From NCBI GenBank assembly GCA_963707225.1, contig CAVPQF010000078.1:6314-70313 (forward strand): a stretch of 64,000 nucleotides of DNA. The letters are read 5' to 3'. Position 1 is the first letter of the stretch. Every line of letters begins with the position of its first letter. The notes under the pieces are model-generated. The model made no database searches. It was not told where the DNA came from and was given only the letters and a program-made list of their open reading frames with translations. The DNA comes from an uncultured Gammaproteobacteria bacterium (GTDB lineage: Bacteria > Pseudomonadota > Gammaproteobacteria > Xanthomonadales > Rhodanobacteraceae). This document shows positions 14,139 to 22,555 of the stretch, in pieces. The position numbers were made by a program, and so were the translations under genes.

Positions 14139-14169
14139 GGCGGCACTGTACGAAGGTACAAGTGCCGCC
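14139..14169. promoter_or_regulatory. Candidate operator: 9-bp inverted repeat in the gntP/TBDR divergent promoter region
   Basis: GGCGGCACT-gtacgaaggtaca-AGTGCCGCC; the spacer is itself palindromic (GTAC..GTAC). Lies 53 bp from the gntP ATG and 72 bp from the receptor ATG. Confidence 0.3.
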
Positions 14170-14240
14170 GGCGCATGACGCCACCTACTCTCCACTCATC
14201 AGCATTCGCGCGAGCGATGCATTCACTGCAAGGGGACGTC

Positions 14241-16526
14241 ATGAAACGCACGCATCTGAGTTCGGCGATCGGTCTGGTTCTGGGGCTGGCCTTCATCGTG
14301 CCGCTGCACGCACAGCAGGCGAGCGAAGATGCCGGCGCCAAGCCGACGACAGCGAAGCAGGCCGAGGCCAAGCAGCTGCAGGAAGTGACGGTCAGTGCGC
14401 GGCGTCGCGACGAATCGCTGGAGAAAGTGCCGGTGGCGATCACCGCATTCAGCGGCGAAGACATGAAGGACCTGCAGGCGAACAGCGTCGATGGCCTGCA
14501 GGGCGCGGTGCCGAACATGAACATCGTGCAGGGCCGCGGCTCGTCCTCGGCGGTGAACATCTTCATCCGCGGCATCGGCCAGCCGGATGCGCTGCAGACG
14601 TTCGACCCGGGCGTGGGCATGTACGTCGACGACGTCTACTACTCGCGCATCCAGGGCGGCTTGATCAGCCTGTTCGACGTCGAGCGCGTCGAGGTGCTGC
14701 GCGGCCCGCAGGGCACACTGTACGGCAAGAACTCCACTGGCGGCGCGGTCAAGGTGGTGACGAAGAACCCGGGCGACAGCACCGAGGGTTCGGTCGAGGC
14801 CGGCTTCGGCAACTACGGCCGGCGCGAGGGCAAGTTCTATCTCGGCGGCCCGCTGGGCGGCGCATGGTCGGCCTCGATCGCCGGCGGGGTGACCCAGACC
14901 GACGGCTATGTCACCGATCCCTCCACCGGCCACAAGTACAACGACGAGGACACCAAGTCCGTGCGCGGCAAGCTGCGCTACCACCCGTCGGAAAACTTCG
15001 ACGCGGTGCTCAGCCTCGATTACACCAGGCAGGACACCGGGTTGACCCTGGGCCAGCCGGTCTCCACGCTGACCCGTACCGATCTCGTGTTCGGTACGGT
15101 AGCGCTGTACACCCCCGATCTGGACCAGAAGTACGACTTCAAGACACGCACCTCGTTCGGTCCGGACAAGGGCCAGAAGCTCGAGCACAAGGGCGCCGCA
15201 CTGAACCTCGGCTGGAAGCTGTCCGAGCAGTGGACCTTCAAGAGCATCAGCGCGTTCCGCAAGCTCGACAGTCATTCCTACATCGACATCGACGCCTCGC
15301 AGTTCGAGCTGGGCGACGTGCTGGTCGATTTCCACCAGAAGCAGGCCAGCCAGGAACTGCAACTGCAGTACGACAACGGCAGCAACCTGCAGGCGGTGTA
15401 TGGCCTGTACTGGTTGCGCGAAACCGTGCCGTCGCACCAGGAGGCCTATGCCAGCGACCTGTTCGCCCTGGCGGGCACGCCGATCACCTTCCTGCGCACC
15501 ATCGACGACGATCTCACCACCACCACCTACGCCGGCTTCGCGCACATGAACTGGGAGTTCGTGCCGAGCTGGACGCTGGCCGCCGGCGTGCGCTACAGCA
15601 GCGACCACAAGGACTACGACCGCACCACCAGCACATTCTGGGGCGTGCCGTTCGGCGCACTCAACGAGACCGTGGCGTTCAGCGCGAACAAGCGCTGGAA
15701 CGCGTGGACGCCCACGCTCAGCCTGCAGAAGCAGCTCGATCCGCAGACCATGCTCTACGCCTCGGCCAGCCGCGGCTTCAAGTCCGGCGGCTTCAACGGC
15801 CGTGCCAACACCGCCGCCGAAACGAAGAGCGCCGAGTACAACCCCGAGTACGTGTGGACCTACGAGCTGGGCATGAAGTGGCGCTCGGCCGACAACAAGC
15901 TGCAGGCGAACCTGGCCGCGTTCCACAGCGACTACACCGACTTCCAGGCGCGCGTGTCGGAGGTGCAGAACCCCGGTGCGATCACCCCGACCTTCGCGTT
16001 TCCGGTGATCAACGCCGCCAAGCTGAAGATGGACGGCATCGAGTTCGAAGGTGCTGCCGTGCTGGGGCAGGGCACCCGCCTGTCGGCCCAGGTCGGCTAC
16101 ATGGACGCGCGCTACGCCAAGTTCGTCGACCACCGGCTCGATCCCAGCGATCCGCTGTACAACCCCGAGCTGCACAAGCACGTGCCGTTCTCGCCGACCT
16201 GGACGTCGCGCCTGGCCGCCACGCAGGCCTTCACCCTGGGCGATGGCAGCGCGATCACCATCGGCGCCGACTGGTCGTACCGCAGCGAGACCTGGCTGAG
16301 CGTGGACAACTACGACGCGCTGAGCCAGAAGGCCTACTCGGTCACCGGCCTGTTCGGCATCTACGATTCCGCTGATGGCCACTGGCAGTTCCGCACCGGC
16401 GTGCGCAACCTGGGCGACAAGGTCTACAAGACCGACGGCCAGGAGTTCTCCAGCGTAGGCAACATCCGCACGGCGTATTACGGCATGCCGCGCAACTGGT
16501 ACGCCAACGTGCGCTACAACTTCTGA
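14241..16526 (+). CDS. TonB-dependent outer-membrane receptor
   Basis: Start is the ATG at 14241 (MKRTHLSSAIGLVLGLAFIVPLHAQQ signal peptide). Plug-domain blocks are EVTVSARRRDESLEKVPVAITAF and VERVEVLRGPQGTLYGKNSTGG. C-terminus ...NVRYNF has the terminal aromatic residue. Confidence 0.9.
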   Translation: MKRTHLSSAIGLVLGLAFIVPLHAQQASEDAGAKPTTAKQAEAKQLQEVTVSARRRDESLEKVPVAITAFSGEDMKDLQANSVDGLQGAVPNMNIVQGRGSSSAVNIFIRGIGQPDALQTFDPGVGMYVDDVYYSRIQGGLISLFDVERVEVLRGPQGTLYGKNSTGGAVKVVTKNPGDSTEGSVEAGFGNYGRREGKFYLGGPLGGAWSASIAGGVTQTDGYVTDPSTGHKYNDEDTKSVRGKLRYHPSENFDAVLSLDYTRQDTGLTLGQPVSTLTRTDLVFGTVALYTPDLDQKYDFKTRTSFGPDKGQKLEHKGAALNLGWKLSEQWTFKSISAFRKLDSHSYIDIDASQFELGDVLVDFHQKQASQELQLQYDNGSNLQAVYGLYWLRETVPSHQEAYASDLFALAGTPITFLRTIDDDLTTTTYAGFAHMNWEFVPSWTLAAGVRYSSDHKDYDRTTSTFWGVPFGALNETVAFSANKRWNAWTPTLSLQKQLDPQTMLYASASRGFKSGGFNGRANTAAETKSAEYNPEYVWTYELGMKWRSADNKLQANLAAFHSDYTDFQARVSEVQNPGAITPTFAFPVINAAKLKMDGIEFEGAAVLGQGTRLSAQVGYMDARYAKFVDHRLDPSDPLYNPELHKHVPFSPTWTSRLAATQAFTLGDGSAITIGADWSYRSETWLSVDNYDALSQKAYSVTGLFGIYDSADGHWQFRTGVRNLGDKVYKTDGQEFSSVGNIRTAYYGMPRNWYANVRYNF

Positions 16527-16550
16527 TGCACGGCTTCTGCCGGATGGATA

Positions 16551-17639
16551 ATGCCCACCCGGCATGACGCCTGGACTCGAATGACCAAACGGAGCAGATC
16601 GATGACCGCTCGATGGGTAACCCGCCTGCTTTGGCTGGCCCTGCTGGCCAGCGCCGGAAGCACCTGTGCGAAGGACGCCGGTACGAATTTGCCCGGATTG
16701 AAAATCGATCCGGCGCGTACCGCCGTCGTCGGCCTCTCGTCCGGCGCATACATGGCTGCGCAGGTGCAGTTGACGTATCCGGAACTGTTCCCGAATGCGG
16801 CCCTGGTCGCCGGCGGTCCATACGGCTGCGCCGGCGGCAAGCTGGAGGTGGCGCTGGGCAGCTGCATGAAGGGCGTGCCGGCGCCCGATGTCGCTGCGCT
16901 GATAGCCAGTGCTGGCAAGCGTTCCGCCGCCGGCGAGATCGGCGCGCTGAAGAATCTGGCCCACGCCCGCGTCTACCTGTTGCATGGCAAGGACGATGCA
17001 TTGGTCGCACCAGCAGTGGCTGAGGCCGGCGCGCATTTTTACGAGCAGTTGCGCGATGGCACGCCTGGCCTGGAGAACATGCAGGTACATGACGATGGCC
17101 AGCGCGCGTTCGCGCACAACCTGCCGGTGGCCGGCAGCGGCGACGACTGCGGCAAATCGGTGGCGCCGTACCTCGGCCATTGCGGCTTCGACGCCGCCGG
17201 CGAGATCTTCGCGCAGATGTTCGGCAAGCCGGCGCATGCGGCGACCCGGGCGCGCGGCGAGCTGCGCGCGTTCGACCAGAACGCGCTGCGTCCCGAGGGT
17301 GCCGATGCCTTCCTGGCCGACACCGGCTACGTCTACCTGCCGCCCGCTTGCCTCGCAGGCAAGCCGTGCGGCGTGGTGGTTGCCTTCCACGGCTGCAAGC
17401 AGAACGCCGACACGGTGGGCAAGGCCTTCGTCGAGGACGCCGGCTTCAACCGCTGGGCCGACGTCTACGGCACGGCGGTGCTATATCCTCAGACCCGCGC
17501 AAGTTTCGCGCCCTTGAATCCGCAAGCATGCTGGGACTGGTGGGGATATTCCGGAGCCGACTACGACAGCCGCCAGGGCGTGCAGTTGCGCTGGGTGGTG
17601 AATGCGGTGCGCGCGCTGGGGTTGCCGACGGGACATTGA
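16551..17639 (+). CDS. PHB-depolymerase-family esterase with catalytic-domain type 2 motif order and no substrate-binding domain
   Basis: Lipase box GLSSGAYMAA comes first, and the oxyanion-type block VVAFHGCKQNADT plus NPQACWDWWGY comes near the C-terminus. A signal-like segment LLWLALLASAGSTCA is present. The start is uncertain (Met codons at 16551, 16581 and 16602). Confidence 0.7.
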   Translation: MPTRHDAWTRMTKRSRSMTARWVTRLLWLALLASAGSTCAKDAGTNLPGLKIDPARTAVVGLSSGAYMAAQVQLTYPELFPNAALVAGGPYGCAGGKLEVALGSCMKGVPAPDVAALIASAGKRSAAGEIGALKNLAHARVYLLHGKDDALVAPAVAEAGAHFYEQLRDGTPGLENMQVHDDGQRAFAHNLPVAGSGDDCGKSVAPYLGHCGFDAAGEIFAQMFGKPAHAATRARGELRAFDQNALRPEGADAFLADTGYVYLPPACLAGKPCGVVVAFHGCKQNADTVGKAFVEDAGFNRWADVYGTAVLYPQTRASFAPLNPQACWDWWGYSGADYDSRQGVQLRWVVNAVRALGLPTGH

Positions 17640-17716
17640 TGGCGGCGCGCCGCCACTCACGTCGCCGTCTGGCTGTGGGGGCGCATCTTGTGCGCGATGC
17701 TTTTGCCGCACTGAAA

Positions 17717-18390
17717 GCGAAGAGCTTTCGTCCTCCTTCGGAGGGCGAGTCACTTTTCTCTGGGTGGCCAGAGAAAAGTAACCAAAAGAGAGGCCACCCC
17801 GATGGCGCGCCCTGCGGGCATCGGGCAACCGCTCCTGCGTTGCCTCAACTCGGGCATCCATGCCCTCGCCATGCCCGCAAGGTGCGCGGGTGGACTGCGG
17901 GGTTTTTCGACAGCACATCCTGTGCTGGCGAAAAACTGGCCGGCATCCCTGCCGGCCACCCTGCGGGCTCTCCTTCGCCCACCCGCCGCGCCATAGGGGC
18001 CCGGGGTAGAGCAGCGCGCTCCCAGCGCGCACTCTTCAAAAGAGCCAGATCAAGAGCAGGAGCGAGACCACAGCAAAGCGATGCTTTGCTGTGGTCTCTG
18101 CTTTTCCGCTTCATCACCGAGTGCGGGCCAGGATGGCCCGCTGCTTTGCCCGGGGTCCCTTGCGCGGCGGTGAGCCGGGGTCGACAGGCCGCGCAGCGGG
18201 AACCGACAGGGATGTCGGTTCCTTTTCGCACGGGCAGGATGCCCGTTCGAAAAGCCCGGCCCCGGCTCACGGACTTGCCGGGCACGATGCCCGGCAAGCG
18301 CCAAGCGGGGTGCCCCTCTCTTTGGTTACTTTCTCTCGGGCAAGCGAGAGAAAGTGACTCGGCCTCCGAAGGAGGACGAAAGCTCTTCGC
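17717..18390. repeat. MITE-like element: about 85-bp imperfect terminal inverted repeats enclosing a mosaic of GC-rich hairpins
   Basis: Left arm 17717-17801 (GCGAAGAGCTTTCGTCCTCCTTCGGAGG...AGAGAGGCCACCCCG) is the near reverse complement of right arm 18307-18390. Interior hairpins include a perfect 16-bp stem at 18064-18098, GGAACCGACA/TGTCGGTTCC near 18199-18222, and CTTGCCGGGCA/TGCCCGGCAAG near 18274-18298. No credible ORF. Confidence 0.65.
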
Positions 18391-18453
18391 TTCAAAACAA
18401 CAACGGTATCCCGAGCTGTCGCGACTGAAGTCCCTCCCACCAGTGCGAATGCC

Positions 18454-21400
18454 ATGCTGAGCGCCGGCGTCATCGCGTTTGCCGCATTGTGCTGGCTGGG
18501 CCTGTTGTTCGGCGTGGCCCTGCTCGGCGAGCGCCGCCCGCAACTGTTCGAGAAACGCTGGGCGATCGTGTATGCGCTGTCGCTGGCGATCCACTGCACT
18601 TCGTGGACGTTCTACGGCACGGTGACGCAGGCCAGCCGTTCGGGCTGGTGGCTGCCGCCGACGTTTGTCGGGGCGATCCTGATGTACCTGTTCGCGCTGA
18701 AATTCCTCGGCCGGATGGTACAGCTGGTGCGCGAATACAACGCCGGTTCGCTGGCTGATCTGATCGCGGTGCGGCTGGGGCGCCATTCGGGACTGGCGGC
18801 GCTGGTCACCGCGGTGGTGGTGATCGGCATCGTGCCGTACATCGCGCTGCAGCTGAAGGCGGTGGCGATGAGCTACGGCATCCTCAGCCACGGCCAGCTG
18901 GCCGAATCCGATCCGTGGCAGGACAGCGCGCTGTACGTGGCGTTGTTGATGGCGCTGTTCGCGATGCTGTTCGGCACGCGGCGCGCGTCGACCATGGCGC
19001 ACAACCGCGGGCTGGTACTGGCGATGGCGTTCGAGTCGCTGTTCAAGCTCGGTGCGATGCTGGCGCTGGGCACGCTGCTGTTCACCGCCTTGCCGACGGG
19101 CTTGCCCAGTTACATTCCGCCGCCGCCGGACAGTGGCGGCTTCCCGGCGCTGATCCTGCTTGGCGCGCTGGCGATGTTCACCATGCCGCATCAGTTCTAT
19201 GCCGGCATCGTGGAGTGCCGCAGTGACGGGAACCTGCGCACCGCGCGCTGGCTGTTTCCGCTGTATCTGTTGCTGATCTCGCTGCCGATCCTGCCGCTGG
19301 CGCGGCTGGGCGATGCGTGGCTGGGGCCGAGCGGCGTGTCGTCGGACATGTACGTGCTGGCGTTGCCGCTGGCGCGTGGTGAACACGGCCTCGCGCTGAT
19401 CGCGTTTCTCGGTGGCCTCAGTGCTGCCACCAGCATGGTGGTGATTGCGACGCTGGCGTTGAGCCTGATGGTAGTCAACCACTTCATCGCGCCGTTGCGC
19501 GTGCGCGCTGGCTGGGGGCGTGCCGAGCAAGGCGACCTGCGCGGCGAACTGCTGAACCACCGGCGCGTGGCGATCCTGCTGGTGATCCTGCTGGCCTGGA
19601 CTTACAGCCGCGTACTGGCACGCAACGAGGCGCTGGCCGATATCGGCGCGATCTCGTTCTCCGCGCTGGCTGGACTCGCGCCGGCACTGCTGGCCGCGGT
19701 GTATCGCCCGCAACTGGGTTCACGCGCGGTGATGGCCGGGCTGGCCAGCGGCACGCTGGTGTGGATGTATGCGGTACTGCCCGCGTTGCTGCCGTCCGCG
19801 CCGGCATGGCTGCATGGCGGTCCGTTCGGGTGGCACTGGCTGGCACCTGATGATCTGCTCGGGCTGTCCAACTGGAATCAGCTGGGCCGCGCCGTCGTGG
19901 TGAGCCTGCTGGTGAATATCGCCGTGATGCTGGCAGTGGCCAGTTCGCGTTACGGCCGCATCGCGCGCGCGGTCAGCGTGGGCGATGTCGGCGTGGTCGA
20001 GCTGCGCGCACTGGCGGCGCGTTTCCTGCCATCCGAACGGGTCGAGCATCTGTTCGCCAGTGCGCCGGCCGTCGGCCTCGCCGGCAGCGCGCGGGTCGGT
20101 CAGGTCGAGCACGAACTGGCGGCGGTGATCGGCGCTGCCTCCGCGCGGCTGCTGCTGGAAGTGGTGCACCGGCAAGGCCGCGACGATCTGGACACGGTCG
20201 TCGCCATCGTCGGCGAGGCGGCGCAGGACCTGCGCTTCAACCAGCGCGTGCTGGAGGCGGCGCTGGAGAACATGAGCCAGGGCATCTGCGTGGTCGACGC
20301 CGAACTGCATCTTGTCGCCTGGAACACGCCGTATGCGCAGCTGTTCGACTACCCGCCCGAGCTGCTGCAGGTGGGCCGCCCGGTGGCCGAGCTGACCCGC
20401 CACAACATCGACGCCGGCATGCTCGGCCCCGGTGAAGTGGACGCGCGCGTGCAGCGCCGGCTGGCGCACATGCGTGCCGGCACGCCGCATCTGTCCGAGC
20501 GGCGTTTCCCCGGCGGCACGATCGTCGAGATCCGCGGCAATCCGATGCCCGGCGGCGGCTTCGTGGCCACCTTCACCGACGTCACCGCGTTCCGTCAGGC
20601 CGAGGTCGCGCTGAAGCGCGTCAACGAGACACTGGAACTTCGCGTGGAGGAACGCACGCGCGAACTCGCCGCGGCCTCGGCCGAGGCGCAGGCGGCGAAC
20701 GAGGCGAAGAGCCGCTTCCTTGCCGCGGTCACCCACGACCTGATGCAGCCGCTGCACGCGGCGCAGCTGTTCGCCCATGCATTGACCGAACACGGCGGCG
20801 ATGCTGTCACCACGCGGCACCTCAACGGCGCGTTGGCCGCCACCGAAGGCCTGCTCACCGGCCTGCTCGACGTGGCCCGGCTCGAAGGCGGCCGCCTGCA
20901 TCCGCAGCCGCGCGCGTTTGCACTGGCCGAGGTACTCGATCCGCTGGCTGCCGAATTCCGCGCGATCGCGCTGGACCGCGGCGTGCGGCTGGACGTGGCC
21001 GGCACGCGGGCATGGGTGCGTTCGGATCCGCAACTGCTGCGCCGCGTGCTGCAGAACTTCCTGTCCAACGCGTTGCGCTACGCCGAACATGGCCGCGTGC
21101 TGCTGGGCGTGCGCCGGCGTGGCGATCACCTGCGCGTGGAAGTGTGGGACAGCGGTCCCGGCATCGCGCCGGAAGAACAGCAACTGATCTTCCAGGAATT
21201 CCGCCGCGGCAGCGCCGCGGGCGGGCAGGGGCTGGGGCTGGGCCTGTCGATCGCGCAACGCATGGCCGACCTGCTGGGCCATCCGCTCGGGCTGCGCTCA
21301 TGGCCGGGGTGCGGCAGCGTATTCCACCTCGACGTGCCGATGGCACAGGTCGCAGTGCAGCTGCAGCCGGCCGCCAGCGCGCAGCAATCGCTGCCCGCCG

Positions 21401-21762
21401 GTCGGGCCTTGCTGCTCGACAACGAGCCAGCTGCTCTCGCAGCACTCAGCAACCTGCTGACCAGCTGGGGCTGGCTCGTGCATGCCGCACGCAATGCCGA
21501 GCAGGCACTGGCAGCGCCATGGCGACCGGACTTGCACATCCTTGATTTCCACCTGGACGGCGGCCACACCGGACTGGAGGTATGGCAGCAGTTGAACGCG
21601 CGGCACGCCGATGTGCCGACCGTCATGCTGACGGCTGACCGGGACGGCGAGTTGCGCCAGCGCCTCCTGGAAGCCGGCATGGGCGTGCTCTACAAGCCAC
21701 TGAAACCCCTGGCATTGCGGCAGGTGTTGCAGCGCGTAGTGGCCGGCGCGATGCGTGCGTGA
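18454..21762 (+). CDS. Hybrid sensor kinase with an N-terminal sodium:solute-symporter-like domain (CrbS/MxtR/CbrA-like architecture)
   Basis: 1102 aa. About 500 aa are polytopic and transporter-like. These are followed by a PAS domain (GICVVDAELHLVAWNTPYAQLF) and an H-box (SRFLAAVTHDLMQPL). An HATPase domain (VWDSGPGIAPEEQQLIFQEF...GLGLGLSI) and a C-terminal receiver complete it. Confidence 0.85.
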   Translation: MLSAGVIAFAALCWLGLLFGVALLGERRPQLFEKRWAIVYALSLAIHCTSWTFYGTVTQASRSGWWLPPTFVGAILMYLFALKFLGRMVQLVREYNAGSLADLIAVRLGRHSGLAALVTAVVVIGIVPYIALQLKAVAMSYGILSHGQLAESDPWQDSALYVALLMALFAMLFGTRRASTMAHNRGLVLAMAFESLFKLGAMLALGTLLFTALPTGLPSYIPPPPDSGGFPALILLGALAMFTMPHQFYAGIVECRSDGNLRTARWLFPLYLLLISLPILPLARLGDAWLGPSGVSSDMYVLALPLARGEHGLALIAFLGGLSAATSMVVIATLALSLMVVNHFIAPLRVRAGWGRAEQGDLRGELLNHRRVAILLVILLAWTYSRVLARNEALADIGAISFSALAGLAPALLAAVYRPQLGSRAVMAGLASGTLVWMYAVLPALLPSAPAWLHGGPFGWHWLAPDDLLGLSNWNQLGRAVVVSLLVNIAVMLAVASSRYGRIARAVSVGDVGVVELRALAARFLPSERVEHLFASAPAVGLAGSARVGQVEHELAAVIGAASARLLLEVVHRQGRDDLDTVVAIVGEAAQDLRFNQRVLEAALENMSQGICVVDAELHLVAWNTPYAQLFDYPPELLQVGRPVAELTRHNIDAGMLGPGEVDARVQRRLAHMRAGTPHLSERRFPGGTIVEIRGNPMPGGGFVATFTDVTAFRQAEVALKRVNETLELRVEERTRELAAASAEAQAANEAKSRFLAAVTHDLMQPLHAAQLFAHALTEHGGDAVTTRHLNGALAATEGLLTGLLDVARLEGGRLHPQPRAFALAEVLDPLAAEFRAIALDRGVRLDVAGTRAWVRSDPQLLRRVLQNFLSNALRYAEHGRVLLGVRRRGDHLRVEVWDSGPGIAPEEQQLIFQEFRRGSAAGGQGLGLGLSIAQRMADLLGHPLGLRSWPGCGSVFHLDVPMAQVAVQLQPAASAQQSLPAGRALLLDNEPAALAALSNLLTSWGWLVHAARNAEQALAAPWRPDLHILDFHLDGGHTGLEVWQQLNARHADVPTVMLTADRDGELRQRLLEAGMGVLYKPLKPLALRQVLQRVVAGAMRA

Positions 21763-21801
21763 TGCGGCGGGACGAAAGATGACGAACTGATGGAGTCGAA
21801 C

Positions 21802-22461
21802 CTAAAGTGCCCGCCCCGGCTCGCCCAACTCCAGCGACTTCAGCAATATCCCGGCCTGCGTGCGGTTCCTTACCCGCAGCTTCTCGAAAATCGCGGTGAC
21901 ATGCGCTTTCACCGTGCGCTCCTGGATGCCCAGGCGATCGGCGATCTGCTTGTTGAGCAGGCCTTCGGCAAGCAAGGCCAGTACGCGCGACTGCTGTTCG
22001 GTGAGGCGCGCCAGGCGGCTGGCGAGGTCGGTGTCGGCGGGATTGGCGGGCAGGGCGGCGACGGCTTCGGCGAGGCCGCGCGGAAGCCAGGTGCCGCAGT
22101 CGAGCACGCTGCGGATCGCGGCGCCGATCTCGGCGGGGCTGGCGCTTTTGGGAATGAAGCCGGCGGCGCCGTGATCCAGTACGCGACGCACGATGCGCGG
22201 TTCGTCGTGGGCCGACACTACCAGCACGGCCACGCCGGGATGCCGGCCGCGCAAGGCGGCGAGGCCCGACAGGCCCTGGCTGCCGGGCATGTGCAGGTCG
22301 AGCAGGACCAGGTCGGTATCCGGCTCGTCGGCCAGCGCATCAAGTACGCCGGGCAGGTCGGCCGCTTCGCGCACGCTGCAGTCGCCGAGCTTTTCGCTGG
22401 CCGCCAGTCGCAGCGCGGCGCGAAACAGCGGGTGGTCGTCGGCGATCAGCAGGTTGGTCAT
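21802..22461 (-). CDS. NarL/FixJ(LuxR)-family response regulator (CrbR/ErdR-like partner)
   Basis: 219 aa. Receiver domain (MTNLLIADDHPLFRAAL...DLVLLDLHMPG) plus LuxR HTH (LTEQQSRVLALLAEGLLNKQIADRLGIQERTVKAHVTAIFEKL). Confidence 0.85.
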   Translation of the reverse strand: MTNLLIADDHPLFRAALRLAASEKLGDCSVREAADLPGVLDALADEPDTDLVLLDLHMPGSQGLSGLAALRGRHPGVAVLVVSAHDEPRIVRRVLDHGAAGFIPKSASPAEIGAAIRSVLDCGTWLPRGLAEAVAALPANPADTDLASRLARLTEQQSRVLALLAEGLLNKQIADRLGIQERTVKAHVTAIFEKLRVRNRTQAGILLKSLELGEPGRAL

Positions 22462-22555
22462 ATGCTGACGTTAGCGGGCTGCCGCGGCCACGTCGAGGTC
22501 GACGCATGGACTTTCGTACGATGGCAGCGATCGGTGCGCTTGCTATGGTGGCTGG

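Noticed and set aside
14223-17390. 1055-aa minus-strand ORF; similar long ORFs at 119..1150, 10736..12577, 12608..14092, 17845..19713, 22340..24307, 51498..53174, 53854..55635 and 57558..59225
   Set aside because: All lie antisense to genes with strong family signatures. All have Ala/Arg/Gly/His-dominated, motif-free translations typical of stop-poor antisense frames in high-GC DNA.
17640-18453. Possible CRISPR array or small-protein genes in the hairpin-rich region
   Set aside because: The repeats are inverted and heterogeneous, not direct repeats with unique spacers. There are no cas genes in the window. The ORFs there (for example 17802..17996 and 18091..18357) translate to repeat-derived nonsense.
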